Assembly (NCBI GenBank): GCA_964637345.1
Contig: CAZWTD010000004.1
Coordinates: forward strand, 1 to 63,055
Source: an uncultured Gammaproteobacteria bacterium
GTDB lineage: Bacteria; Patescibacteriota; Patescibacteriia; HK-STAS-PATE-3
Direction: 5' to 3'
Length of the DNA stretch: 63,055 nt
The notes beneath the pieces are model-generated. The model saw only the letters and a list, made by a program, of their open reading frames with translations. It did no database searches and was not told where the DNA came from. Within the stretch, counting starts at the first letter, position 1. The number at the start of each line of letters is the position of its first letter. Position numbers and translations under genes: made by a program. Shown here one piece after another: positions 49,813 through 59,783 of this stretch.

Positions 49813-52737
49813 CTAGTCCTTCTCGACCGAAAGCCCGAAGCGCTGGCCGTCGAATTCAACCTCCCGAGCGTTCTCGAGCGAGTCAGCATATTCCATCGAA
49901 CGGGCTTTTCCGAGCGACGTAAGTTCGTCGCTATGCTTCCGAATCGCGTCCGCCAGCGCTCCTTGGGCGCTCCAGCGAATTCGCACGAGGTCGTTACGAT
50001 CAACTCCAAGGGTTTTCCTCGCGTCGTTGATATGCCGGGCAATTTCCCGAACCCAGCCGGCTTCGCGGAGCTCTTCAGTCAGCGTGGTGCTGAGCGCGAG
50101 CGCAATAACGCCGTCGTCTTGAATCGACCACCCTGCGCCGCTCGGAAGCGTTTCAGCGTAGCGGACAAGAAGAACATTCAGCTCATCCTTTAATACTGTT
50201 TCAACATCATCAGGTAGGACTGAACTCTTGATGACGACTTCACCGAGCGGCTGGCGCACGCGTACCCCGGCATTCGCGCGGGCTGCGTGACCAGCTTCTA
50301 CGTAGCGACGGAGCTGCGTCATCGATTGGAGTAGCTTTTCCTCAGACCCTCCCTGCGCTTTCGGCCAGGCTTCGAGATGAACGCTGGCCAGCCCGCCCTG
50401 AAGCTTTAGGTACACGACATCGGCAATCATTGGAGAGAAGGGCGCGAGGAGCTTCGCAAGGTCCAGCAGGACAACGCGTAAGATGTTTCCCGCCTGGTCG
50501 CGTTCCGCTCCGGGTTCGCGGAAACGGTCGCGGCTTCGGCGCAGGTACCAAGTCGAGAGGTCAGTCACGAATTCCGCAATCGCTCGTCCTGCGCCGGTCA
50601 AATCGTAGGCTTCAAGTTCTTCCGTAACATTCTTCACGAGCTCATTGCGCTTCGCGAAAATCCAACGGTCGAGGATGTGCTTGCCTTTCGGCGCATCGTC
50701 TACTGAGGAAGGCGCATGGAGTTCGTAGAAGGAGACGACGTTCATGAGAATGAAAAAAACTTTCTTCACAACCTCGTCAACGCCCTTTGGATCGAAGTTT
50801 TTAAAGTCCCCGGCCTGACTCATCGTATAGAGGTAGAAGCGAACCGCGTCAGCGCCGAATTTCGGAAAGAGTTCAGTCGGCAGAATGAGGTTCCCGAGCC
50901 GCTTCGACATCTTTTTCCCCTCGGCGTCGTTGACGAGCCCGAGCGAGACGACGTTCTTGTAGGGCGCTTTTCGATCAAGGAGCGCCGCGACCGCGAGCAA
51001 GGTGTAGAACCAGCCGCGGGTCTGGTCGATTCCTTCGGCGATGAAATCCGCGGGGTACTGCTCGCCCGAATCGATGAGCTTTGTATTCTCAAAGGGGTAA
51101 TGCCATTGCGCGAGCGGCATCGAGCCGGAGTCGAACCAAACGTCCGCTACGTCGAGGACGCGCGTCATGAGTCCGTCGCACTGGTCGCAGGAAAGTGTAA
51201 CCGCATCAATACCTGGTCGGTGCGGATCAAACGGATCAGACAACGCGGTCGCGGCGCGCTTTTGAAGTTCTTCATAGCCGCCGATCACGGTCCGATGCCT
51301 CTCATCTTTATCGCAAAGCCAAATCGGCAAAGGAATCCCCCAGTAGCGCTCGCGCGAGATCGCCCAATCCTGAAGGTTCTCGAGCCACTCGCCCATCCGG
51401 CCTTCTTTGATATACGCCGGGACCCAGTTGATCGACTGATTCATCTTGATCAACTTGTCTTTCACGTCGGTCGTCCGAAAAAACCACGAGTCTTTCGCGT
51501 AATAGAGAAGCGGGGTATCGCAGCGCCAACAGAAGGGATAATCGTGGGCGTAGGTCTCTTCCGTATAGAGGAGGCCGCGTTCCTTCAAATCATCAATGAT
51601 GGCTCGGGTCGTTTTTTCCTCGGTCGGTTTGTCTTTATGCTTAACCGGCCAGCCCGCCCATTTCGGAACGAGCTCGTTGAACTTCCCGTCGCGGCCGACC
51701 GTATGCACTTTCGGAAGTCCGACCTTCTCGCCGAGTTTGTAATCGTCTTCGCCGTACATGACTGCCGTGTGGACTACGCCGGTTCCATCATCGATTGTCA
51801 CAAAATCTGCCGCGTAGACTTTAAAGGCATTTTCATAGCCCGGCGTTGACTCAGGAATCGCGCCAGGGAAGAGCGGTTCGTATGCGACACCAAGCATGTC
51901 CTTGCCATAAAATGTGGTTCCGGTAACTTGAGATCCAAAAATCTTTTCAAGGAGAGTCTTCGCCACAATGAAACGTTCATTCTGAATCGAGATAAGAACG
52001 TACTCGACTTCCTCCCCAACCGCCAGCCCCACATTCCCGGGCAAGGTCCAGGGCGTTGTCGTCCAGGAGAGAATGTAATCCCCTTTCTTCACTTGCCCCT
52101 TATCACTTTTCACTTTGAATTTCACGAACACCGCGCTATCTTCTACCTTCTTATATCCCTGCGCCATTTCGTGGGACGACAAGGCGGTTCCGCAGCGCGT
52201 ACAGAGCGGCACAACTTTAAAATCTTTGTAGAGCCGGCCCTTCTTCTCGATCTCGGAAAAAATCCACCAGCACGATTCGATGAACTCGGGCGTTAGGGTA
52301 ACGTAGGCATTCTCGAAATCGAGCCAATAGCCCATCCGCTCGGTAATGGCTTCCCAATCCGACTTCATCAAGAAGACATTCTTCCGGCACTCATCAATGA
52401 ACTTCTGGACGCCGATGACCTCTTCGATCTCGCGCTTCGATTTTATCCCGAGCTGCTTCTCAACGAACATCTCAACCGGAAGGCCGTGGGTGTCCCAGCC
52501 GGCGCGGCGGCCGACGTGAAAACCGCGCATTGTCTTATACCGGACAATCGCGTCCTTATAGGCCCGGGAGAGCATATGATGAACGCCGGGTTGGCCGTTC
52601 GCGTAGGGCGGGCCTTCGTAGAAAACGAAATGAGGCTTGCCCTTTGTCTGCTCGAGCGTTTGCTCAAAAATCCTCTCGCTCTTCCAGCGTTTTAGGACCT
52701 CTTCTTCGAGTTGGGGCAGGGAAAGCGGGCCAGGCAT
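49813..52737 (-). CDS. ileS: Isoleucine--tRNA ligase (type 2 / mupirocin-resistant-like)
   Basis: EGPPYANG..HH, GWDTHGLP, WTTTPWTL, WAISRERYWG, EGIDQTRGWF, KMSKR. Confidence 0.95.
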   Translation of the reverse strand: MPGPLSLPQLEEEVLKRWKSERIFEQTLEQTKGKPHFVFYEGPPYANGQPGVHHMLSRAYKDAIVRYKTMRGFHVGRRAGWDTHGLPVEMFVEKQLGIKSKREIEEVIGVQKFIDECRKNVFLMKSDWEAITERMGYWLDFENAYVTLTPEFIESCWWIFSEIEKKGRLYKDFKVVPLCTRCGTALSSHEMAQGYKKVEDSAVFVKFKVKSDKGQVKKGDYILSWTTTPWTLPGNVGLAVGEEVEYVLISIQNERFIVAKTLLEKIFGSQVTGTTFYGKDMLGVAYEPLFPGAIPESTPGYENAFKVYAADFVTIDDGTGVVHTAVMYGEDDYKLGEKVGLPKVHTVGRDGKFNELVPKWAGWPVKHKDKPTEEKTTRAIIDDLKERGLLYTEETYAHDYPFCWRCDTPLLYYAKDSWFFRTTDVKDKLIKMNQSINWVPAYIKEGRMGEWLENLQDWAISRERYWGIPLPIWLCDKDERHRTVIGGYEELQKRAATALSDPFDPHRPGIDAVTLSCDQCDGLMTRVLDVADVWFDSGSMPLAQWHYPFENTKLIDSGEQYPADFIAEGIDQTRGWFYTLLAVAALLDRKAPYKNVVSLGLVNDAEGKKMSKRLGNLILPTELFPKFGADAVRFYLYTMSQAGDFKNFDPKGVDEVVKKVFFILMNVVSFYELHAPSSVDDAPKGKHILDRWIFAKRNELVKNVTEELEAYDLTGAGRAIAEFVTDLSTWYLRRSRDRFREPGAERDQAGNILRVVLLDLAKLLAPFSPMIADVVYLKLQGGLASVHLEAWPKAQGGSEEKLLQSMTQLRRYVEAGHAARANAGVRVRQPLGEVVIKSSVLPDDVETVLKDELNVLLVRYAETLPSGAGWSIQDDGVIALALSTTLTEELREAGWVREIARHINDARKTLGVDRNDLVRIRWSAQGALADAIRKHSDELTSLGKARSMEYADSLENAREVEFDGQRFGLSVEKD

Positions 52738-52807
52738 AGCGCGCAAGAACAGTGCTTAAGCGTGTTCACTAGTGTACGTATTTCACGCTTCTCCGGCAAG
52801 GGCGTGA

Positions 52808-52841
52808 AATGAAGAGAGCCGGGCGCAGAAGCGCTCGGCTC
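52808..52841 (-). terminator. Intrinsic terminator
   Basis: GAGCCGAGCGC/GCGCCCGGCTC followed by TCTTCATTT. Confidence 0.65.
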
Positions 52842-52856
52842 AGGTGGAACAAAATC

Positions 52857-53348
52857 TCACTGCGGCGGCCCGGGCGGAATAATGGTCGTGATCCGCCGGA
52901 TCTGATAACCGGACCGGCCCGAAGGATCCTCGACGATCAAGAACTCCTTGGTATGGACGACCTTCATCGGACCGTAGGTAAAGTGGATCGTGAGGAAGAA
53001 CTGAGCCCCGGTACCGAGCCACTCTCCCGGTTTGATCATCACGAACGTGGGGCGGCTGATCGAGCAGCTCAAGCTGTCCGGAACCAGCCACTGCCCGGCC
53101 CAGCCGAGAAGATGTTCGCACTTCCCGTGGCTGACCGGAGGAGTCCCCCCACAGTCGGACTCGAACCGGTAGTCGGCCACGAAGTCCTCGGTCAAGAGTT
53201 CGGTCATAGCCGGGAGGTCGCGATCCCTGACCGCAGCCACGTACGCGTCAACCGCCCGTTGAGCCCAGATCACATTCGGATCGAGGTCCTCGGCCAGGAC
53301 AGCTCCGGCGCACACGAACACGAGCACGAGCGTCCAGAAAACTCGCAT
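52857..53348 (-). CDS. Secreted NTF2/SnoaL-like protein
   Basis: GGAGGAG SD, signal peptide, and AYVAAV..DLPAMTELLTEDFV. Confidence 0.6.
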   Translation of the reverse strand: MRVFWTLVLVFVCAGAVLAEDLDPNVIWAQRAVDAYVAAVRDRDLPAMTELLTEDFVADYRFESDCGGTPPVSHGKCEHLLGWAGQWLVPDSLSCSISRPTFVMIKPGEWLGTGAQFFLTIHFTYGPMKVVHTKEFLIVEDPSGRSGYQIRRITTIIPPGPPQ

Positions 53349-53452
53349 CACTCCTCCAGTCTTCCCGATCGGGAAAACGGTCCAAGCCTCAGAGGAACTT
53401 CCCCTGAACAAAAAAGGTACTGCCGTAGCAGTTCCCGTTCTAGCGCAAAGCG

Positions 53453-54598
53453 CTATTCGTGTAAAGACGCCCCGAGCTTCTCGTAGAGCGCGACGGTTCG
53501 CAGCGCGACTTTCTCCCAGCTGAACTTCGCAGCCTGGACGAGGCCGTTGGCCTGGAGCCGTTTTCGGAGCGGTTCGTCGAAGAGGATGCGCTCAATCCCC
53601 TTTGCGATTGATTCCGTACTCTCCGGATCAACGTACTCCGCCGCGTCTCCCGCGACCTCAGGGAGGGAGGAGAGGTTGCTCGTCAGGACCGGAGTCCCAA
53701 GAGCCAGCGCTTCGAGTACGGGTAGGCCAAAACCTTCATAGGATGAAGGAAAGACAAAAGCCCGGGCGTTTCGCAGTAATCCGACCTTCTCGGGTAAGCT
53801 GATGTAATCGAGGAAACGAACCGAGGTCTCGAGATGATGCGTCTTTACCGCCTGAAAAATAGCATCTGACTTCCAGCCGCGCTTCCCGGCGAGCACAAGA
53901 GGGATGTGCTCAAGCGCAGCGTTCCGCTTCCGAAGATCGGCGTAGGCTTCGATGAGGCGAACGAGATTCTTCCGCGGTTCAAGCGTTCCGACGAAGCAGA
54001 GGTAGTGCGCGGGCAATCCGAAGCGCTTCCGCGGATCAACCGCTTGAACCCTGCGCGCGAGTTCAAGATCAACGCCTTCGGGAATGATGGCAATTTTCTC
54101 TTCCGGAACTCGAAATAGCTCGCGCAAATCTTGCGCGGTATTCTCGGAAACGGCGAGCACGGCGCGTGCTCGCTTGAGTGTTTGCGGGACGAGAAGGCGC
54201 GTCGAAAAAAGCTGGGCTGGAAACCAGTGAGGATTTTGATAGATCGCAAGATCGTGGATTGTCACTACTGAGGGCTTCGTGTATCCGAGCGGGATAATGT
54301 TCGCTGGAGCGTGAAAAAGATCGAGGCGTTCACGATTCAAGGTGGCTGAGATGAGAAGATGTGAATACGCGAAGGGCAGGAAGCGGCGGTATTGTGAGAA
54401 AGGAAAGAAACGAATCGTTGTGTTGTCGCGTCGGAAGGGCCCGACCTGCTTCATTCGAGAATCAAAGAAGAGCACGTAGTCGTTCTGGCGATCGGCATCC
54501 AGAAGGCTCATGACGAGATAATAGGTATAGTGCCCAACACCGGCGCCTTCGCCGTGGTCAGGATTGAGAATAGTCCGACAGTCGATTCCGATGCGCAT
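53453..54598 (-). CDS. Glycosyltransferase family 4
   Basis: VGTLEPRKN, FVFPSSYEGFGLPVLEA, SSLPEVAG. Confidence 0.93.
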   Translation of the reverse strand: MRIGIDCRTILNPDHGEGAGVGHYTYYLVMSLLDADRQNDYVLFFDSRMKQVGPFRRDNTTIRFFPFSQYRRFLPFAYSHLLISATLNRERLDLFHAPANIIPLGYTKPSVVTIHDLAIYQNPHWFPAQLFSTRLLVPQTLKRARAVLAVSENTAQDLRELFRVPEEKIAIIPEGVDLELARRVQAVDPRKRFGLPAHYLCFVGTLEPRKNLVRLIEAYADLRKRNAALEHIPLVLAGKRGWKSDAIFQAVKTHHLETSVRFLDYISLPEKVGLLRNARAFVFPSSYEGFGLPVLEALALGTPVLTSNLSSLPEVAGDAAEYVDPESTESIAKGIERILFDEPLRKRLQANGLVQAAKFSWEKVALRTVALYEKLGASLHE

Positions 54599-54627
54599 TG
54601 ATAAGAAATTCTCCTTGTTTAGCTAGT

Positions 54628-54665
54628 GAGATCCTTCGCTCAGGATGATCCCTTGCTCGGGATCA
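54628..54665. repeat. REP-like palindrome (ATCCT..CGCTCAGGATG family) at the argS stop
   Basis: GAGATCCTTCGCTCAGGATGATC plus TGATCCC/GGGATCA. Same core as 20618-20646. Confidence 0.6.
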
Positions 54666-56306
54666 CATCTTCTCCGGCGCCCGAACACCCAAGAGGTTGA
54701 GGGATTGAGCGAGAACGAGCTGGGTTGCTTGCGCGAGCTCGAGGGCCGGAAGTTGAACTACTCCATCGTTGATAATACGCACCTTCGTATAAAAGGTATG
54801 AAAATCCGTGGCCAGCCGAATCGTATAGGGCGGAAGCTCGCTGACATTCCGCGTTCGCGCCGACCGCTCAACAAGCTCCGGAAACTCGAGAAGAGTTTTC
54901 ACTAAAGTAAAGGCGCTCGGGTCAGTGACGGGAGCTTTGCGAGCTACCTGTTTTTTTCTTAACAAGGGCTTCGCCTTCTTCAGTAAGCTAACAATTCGGG
55001 CATGAGCATACTGGACATAGTAGACGGGATTCTTTTCTGAATGCTCCTTCGCGAGCTGAAGATCGAAGTCCATGTGGGTTCCCGGACCGACCATGAGGAA
55101 AAAGAAACGGGCCACGTCCAAGCCAACATCATGAATGAGCTCATCGAGCGTAACAAAAGTTCCGCTCCGTTTCGACATCCGAACTTCTTTCCCTTGGTCC
55201 ATGAGGCGAACGAGCTGAAAAATATTCACCTCAAGCCGCCCGGGCCAGCCGAGCGCCTGGGTAACTGCCTGCATCCGATTGACGTAGCCATGATGATCCG
55301 CGCCAAGAAGAAGGATCGCGCGGTCGAAACGGCGAAGCGCAAACTTCTCCCAGAGATAGGCGACGTCAGACAAGAAGTAGGTTTTCTCGCCGTTCGCTTT
55401 GATGAGGACGCGATCTTTATCATCTCCATAGTCCGAAGTCTTCATCCAGAGCGCTCCCTCCTTCTCGTACGCTAGGTCGCGCTCGCGAAGCAGCTTAAGC
55501 ATCCGTTGATCGATCTTCTTCCTATATAACTCCGACTCAAGGAAAAATCGATCAAAGCGAACCTTCATCACCCGTCGAGTCAGTTGCTTTATCCCCGAGA
55601 GCATTCGCCGAATCGCTTGACCCTGGATTCGCGCCTTCGCTTTTTCAATATGCGTTAGACTCACGCCCTCAAGCGGAAGCGTTTTTGCAAGTTCAGTAAC
55701 ATAGGCTCCCTGGTAACAATACTCGGGATACTCAACGGGAATCCCCTGCAGCTGAAAATAGCGCCGGACAATTGATTCGGCGAGCGTCTCAACCTGCTTC
55801 CCCACATCATTCACATAGTACTCTCGATGGACGCGTGCGCCGCTCATCGACAAAACATTCCCGAGAACATCTCCGGTAAAGCCGCCGCGTCCGTTCCCGA
55901 GCGTTAGCGGTCCGGTCGGATTAGCCGAAATGAACTCAAGATGAATGCGCTCGCGCTTCGCGATCTCACTTCGGCCATAGTTGGATCCGGACGCGAGAAT
56001 GCGCTTCGGCTGCTTCGCAAGCCAGCTCTTCTTCAGAGAAAAATTCAAGAAGCCGGGCGCGGCGACAACCGGCTCCTCAAGGGCAGGGAGGGATAGCCCA
56101 GTTTGCTTCAATTTTTCCGCAATCTCAAGCGGCGAACGCTTAAGGATTCCGGCAAGCTGAAGCGGGAGCGTTGTTGCGAGGTCACCGTTTTTCGGATCAG
56201 CGGGTCGTTCGACTTTTACCGACGGCAACTTCTCCTGAAGCTCCGGCCATATGGCTACGGCGCGTTTTGCGATGCGTTTCGAAAGCTGGTCGCTAAGAGA
56301 AGGCAT
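54663..56306 (-). CDS. argS: Arginine--tRNA ligase
   Basis: EFISANPTGPLTLGNGR, GADHHGY, MSKRSG, YYVQYAHAR. Confidence 0.96.
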   Translation of the reverse strand: MPSLSDQLSKRIAKRAVAIWPELQEKLPSVKVERPADPKNGDLATTLPLQLAGILKRSPLEIAEKLKQTGLSLPALEEPVVAAPGFLNFSLKKSWLAKQPKRILASGSNYGRSEIAKRERIHLEFISANPTGPLTLGNGRGGFTGDVLGNVLSMSGARVHREYYVNDVGKQVETLAESIVRRYFQLQGIPVEYPEYCYQGAYVTELAKTLPLEGVSLTHIEKAKARIQGQAIRRMLSGIKQLTRRVMKVRFDRFFLESELYRKKIDQRMLKLLRERDLAYEKEGALWMKTSDYGDDKDRVLIKANGEKTYFLSDVAYLWEKFALRRFDRAILLLGADHHGYVNRMQAVTQALGWPGRLEVNIFQLVRLMDQGKEVRMSKRSGTFVTLDELIHDVGLDVARFFFLMVGPGTHMDFDLQLAKEHSEKNPVYYVQYAHARIVSLLKKAKPLLRKKQVARKAPVTDPSAFTLVKTLLEFPELVERSARTRNVSELPPYTIRLATDFHTFYTKVRIINDGVVQLPALELAQATQLVLAQSLNLLGVRAPEKM

Positions 56307-56384
56307 AGTATCTCCATTCTACACTGCCACGCTCTTTCCGAAAATGGAAGGCGGCGCCTCATTGATGAGGAGCCGCCAGAACGA

Positions 56385-57080
56385 TCAGGCTGACTTCGTA
56401 ACTAGACCGCGCCTGAAGACCACAACCGAAACGCCGAGGACGAATCCGACAACGGCACCCGTAACCGCCTGCCCGTCCAAGACATGGTTGACTCCCGAAC
56501 CGATGGCGAGGCCTGCGCCTATCGTTACACCGGGAGATTTCAAGCCCCAGCGGATGATTCGCGGCGCAACATCGACGAGGTATCGGGCGAGAATCCAGGC
56601 TAGAACTAGAGGATTGGCCCTCCAGGCGTAGTGGCTCCAGTCCTGTGCGTCATCATCCGGATCCCCTTTTGGATAAACCATAAGAACCACGAGATACCCG
56701 ATGATGATCACGGAGAAAATCGCAAGGAACAACGCTGGTAGGAACGAAAGAAAAAACACGCACCCGGGTAGCGAAACCTTAACGATAGGAAACCGTTCAC
56801 ATCCGTACAGAAACAGAAGGTACCACAAGGCGCCCGAGACGAGACAGCCTGCCAGGGCCACATAGACCAAGCGGCATTGAACCGTTCGACGAATGCCGTA
56901 CAAGAACAACATCACGAGCGCAAGGAAGAGCGTCGGGAGAGCCCGCACGAAACCGAGTGCCAGCATCCCGCTGATGAGTCCCAGCCACCAGAACTCGGGT
57001 CGAACAATCATCGCCCCGGCAAATCCCAGAAAGGCCCCTGTGAGGATCCAGACATTGTAAGAATTCGAGCGCACGGCCAT
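56385..57080 (-). CDS. Multi-TM hypothetical membrane protein
   Basis: AAGGAGG SD before ATG 57080, and several hydrophobic helices. Confidence 0.7.
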   Translation of the reverse strand: MAVRSNSYNVWILTGAFLGFAGAMIVRPEFWWLGLISGMLALGFVRALPTLFLALVMLFLYGIRRTVQCRLVYVALAGCLVSGALWYLLFLYGCERFPIVKVSLPGCVFFLSFLPALFLAIFSVIIIGYLVVLMVYPKGDPDDDAQDWSHYAWRANPLVLAWILARYLVDVAPRIIRWGLKSPGVTIGAGLAIGSGVNHVLDGQAVTGAVVGFVLGVSVVVFRRGLVTKSA

Positions 57081-57352
57081 GTCTTCCTCCTTGTTGCGCC
57101 CTTGCAATGATACAAAGAACCAGGGAGAGTATGCGATCTGATCCCGATTTTGTCAATACAAAAAGAAGAGCGGCGCCTCAAGCTTGAGGCGCCGCGAAAA
57201 AACCGTACTCTCCGATCCTCCAATCGGAAGAGTAGCCTTGGACGCACGTTCAAGATGAGTTGACATCCTTCCGAGTTGGTCTAGGCTAGGTGCTGGGGAG
57301 TGGGAAGGCCCTGGCGTCCTAATTCCATGGGTCTCCTGCTCTCTTTTGTTGA

Positions 57353-58603
57353 TCATCCGCTCACGATTGCGCCGAGCTGAAGGGAATCCTTCGCCCCGTG
57401 AACGCTTCGGTCCTGGCGAGCGGTCACGATGAGATCAGCGATCGCACCCTGCGCATAGTGAACCGTTGCCCGAACGAACCACTCGGCTTCCAACTCCGCG
57501 CCCTCGGGCGAAAAGTACCGGAAACGGAAGGGGTGGTTTTCGACTTCCTCCTGAAGCACGCTCCGGAAAATCGAACGCTGAGCCGAAGCGAGCACGGTCG
57601 GGAAGCGCGGATCGTCCGAAAAGATCGTTCCCTTCATGCCACTCGACACCGCTTCCTTCAGTACGAAGCGATGGCCGTTGCCGTTCGGGTTCGGAAGTTC
57701 GCCCGACCGCTTCCCGACGAGCCAAGTCGGCGGAATCGCGGCACGAAGCGTGTCGAGCGCTTCAGCCTTGATGTGCGCACGGAGGATCGCCTCGAGCTCG
57801 GGGTTCTGGCCGTCGTTGCGCAGGAGCGCGAGAAGGGCCTTCGACCCGAGGAAGGGCTTCGGCGGAATAAGGAATGCAATCTCCCCCTTCCGGTAGCGGT
57901 CAACGAGCCCGGCGATGAGATCCTGATTCTTGAACATGAAGGGAAAATCCACGAAGAGCATTCCGAGTTTGAGCTCCCCGACGGAGAGCTCACGTTCACT
58001 CACAACCCGCAAGGCGATCCCGGCGGCCTGGAGCGCCTTCGCGAGAATTTCACACTCCGGCAGATAGAAGCGCTCCTGGTCAGCCGTGAGTAAGGTACAC
58101 TCGTTGTGTCCGCGCTTGCGGATCGCGTCAACCAGAACGGTAACCACGCCTGGGAAAGACCGCTGATCGCCCGCGAGAAAATGACGAGCCTGCGCGGCGA
58201 GGGTGGAGTACCCCAGACCGTGCTTATTGTGACCGTCGATTTCAGCGATCTGGAAGCGCCCCTTCGTATCAACCATGAAGTCGACCTTGCAAATGTCCGG
58301 GGTCCGATTCGGCCCAAGTCCTTGGAGTTCGTGGTAGTAGGCCGGGATGCCCGTACGGGAGATTCGCGCAATCATGTCCCAGGTCTTCCCGTGGGTCAAT
58401 CCGGGCGTTGTCGAGATGGCAACGATTCGCGCCAGCCCGCCGAGGCAAGCCTGAAGCGCCCGACCGATTCCCTGAAGTTCCGCGGCTTGTGCTGGCTGAA
58501 GAATGAACAGATCGGGCGAGAGAAGAAAAGCATGCGTCCGCTCTCGCTGTCCGTCCCAAAGACCGGACGCGCGAACGAGTCCAGCAAGCGATTCATACAA
58601 CAT
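57353..58603 (-). CDS. ATP-grasp-type ligase (glutathionylspermidine synthase / circularly permuted ATP-grasp-like)
   Basis: KVDFMVDTKGRFQIAEID, GSKALL, FVLKEAVSSGMKG, LQEEV. AAGGAG SD. Confidence 0.6.
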   Translation of the reverse strand: MLYESLAGLVRASGLWDGQRERTHAFLLSPDLFILQPAQAAELQGIGRALQACLGGLARIVAISTTPGLTHGKTWDMIARISRTGIPAYYHELQGLGPNRTPDICKVDFMVDTKGRFQIAEIDGHNKHGLGYSTLAAQARHFLAGDQRSFPGVVTVLVDAIRKRGHNECTLLTADQERFYLPECEILAKALQAAGIALRVVSERELSVGELKLGMLFVDFPFMFKNQDLIAGLVDRYRKGEIAFLIPPKPFLGSKALLALLRNDGQNPELEAILRAHIKAEALDTLRAAIPPTWLVGKRSGELPNPNGNGHRFVLKEAVSSGMKGTIFSDDPRFPTVLASAQRSIFRSVLQEEVENHPFRFRYFSPEGAELEAEWFVRATVHYAQGAIADLIVTARQDRSVHGAKDSLQLGAIVSG

Positions 58604-58679
58604 ACCGCTCCTTTCCCGGCTGAACCGGCGTGATCACTCCGACGAATGATCAACATGTGAAGTTGTCAACGAACTACCG

Positions 58680-59120
58680 CTAACGAATGATGTCGAGAAT
58701 CTCAATCAAGCTCGACACCGTCGCCCGAGGCTCTTCCTCGGTCCGACAGGGCAGCTCTTGGGCGAACCTGCCCTGTCGAACCCAGATCGTAACCAGGCCG
58801 CACCGATTCCCAAACGCAATTTCTTTCCGCACACGGTCCCCCACGACGTAACTTTGCGCCGAGTCCGCCTTTGTTTCCTTGATAATTGTTTCGATATCGT
58901 TCTCGCCCTTCTCAGTAGTGAGAACAATTTTCTCAAACTCCTTCTCAAGCCCTAACGTTTGAATACGTTCACGGCGAGAGGGCGCGGCTTGAGCCAGAAG
59001 AGCTAAGGAATACCCTCGCTCGCGCAATGCGCGAAGGACTTCTCGCGCACCGGGCATGAGACAATTCGCCTCAGGGTCGTAGAGCGTTCGATTGAAGTCG
59101 AAAATGATCATTTGATGCAT
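58680..59120 (-). CDS. HAD-superfamily hydrolase
   Basis: IIFDFNRTL (second Asp replaced by Asn), VVGDRVRKEI, GLVTIWV. Confidence 0.8.
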   Translation of the reverse strand: MHQMIIFDFNRTLYDPEANCLMPGAREVLRALRERGYSLALLAQAAPSRRERIQTLGLEKEFEKIVLTTEKGENDIETIIKETKADSAQSYVVGDRVRKEIAFGNRCGLVTIWVRQGRFAQELPCRTEEEPRATVSSLIEILDIIR

Positions 59121-59179
59121 ATGACAAAAGCGCCGGCCCTCGCGGGACCGGCTTCGATGACGTTACTGATTCGGCTACA

Positions 59180-59266
59180 CTATGCGATCAACGTCAACTG
59201 CGCCTGGGCCGCGAGGCCAAGGTTGAAATGCCAGCTAAAGTAATGGCGCAGTGATTGAAGACTCAT
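59180..59266 (-). CDS. Candidate 28-aa leader peptide MSLQSLRHYFSWHFNLGLAAQAQLTLIA
   Basis: ATG 9 nt after the -10 box, followed by a GC hairpin at 59132-59152. Confidence 0.45.
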   Translation of the reverse strand: MSLQSLRHYFSWHFNLGLAAQAQLTLIA

Positions 59267-59275
59267 CGTGCGCGT

Positions 59276-59304
59276 ATCGTACTCCTGAAAAACTCCCGCG
59301 TCAA
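59276..59304 (-). promoter_or_regulatory. Sigma70 promoter
   Basis: TTGACG-N17-TACGAT. Confidence 0.7.
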
Positions 59305-59314
59305 GTTTTCTCTA

Positions 59315-59349
59315 TGAAAGACGGCTCCGCGCGAGATGCACGGAGCCGT
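59315..59349 (-). terminator. Intrinsic terminator
   Basis: ACGGCTCCG/CGGAGCCGT followed by CTTTC. Confidence 0.6.
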
Positions 59350-59783
59350 TAAGCGGATTCGTCGTCGTCCTCATCGAAATCAGGGACGAGAACGAGCGGT
59401 TGAGCGAAGGTTGACTGGGCGGAGGAACGCAAGAAGCAACAGAACTGATAGGACCACCAGAAGAAACCGAGGATCGGATGCGCCCGAAGCGCAATTCTTC
59501 GCATCTGTTCCACCCTCCTCCGACTATGATCCTGGACAGCCGAGAAGGTGAGGAAGACGGACAGGATGACGTTCATTCCGATTGTCACTGTCGGAACGAG
59601 CTCGACGACCCGAATGTCGGTCACGAGGAAGTAGATGAGTCCGGTCAGCAGCATCGTAACCTCGCCCCAGAAGACGATCGCCGAATTGCCGAGAAGATAC
59701 CACGCGAAATACACGATCGACAGACGTCGATGGACGCGGCGAGCTTCTTCGATGGAGAGAATTGCTGGTAAGGGCTTCAACAT
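59349..59783 (-). CDS. Membrane hypothetical protein
   Basis: GGAGG SD before ATG 59783, overlapping the upstream stop, with TM helices. Confidence 0.6.
   Translation of the reverse strand: MLKPLPAILSIEEARRVHRRLSIVYFAWYLLGNSAIVFWGEVTMLLTGLIYFLVTDIRVVELVPTVTIGMNVILSVFLTFSAVQDHSRRRVEQMRRIALRAHPILGFFWWSYQFCCFLRSSAQSTFAQPLVLVPDFDEDDDESA

Noticed and set aside
57153-57356. 67-aa ORF after the ATP-grasp gene
   Set aside because: It runs through hairpins and the promoter region of the next gene and has no recognisable features. It is kept only as context.
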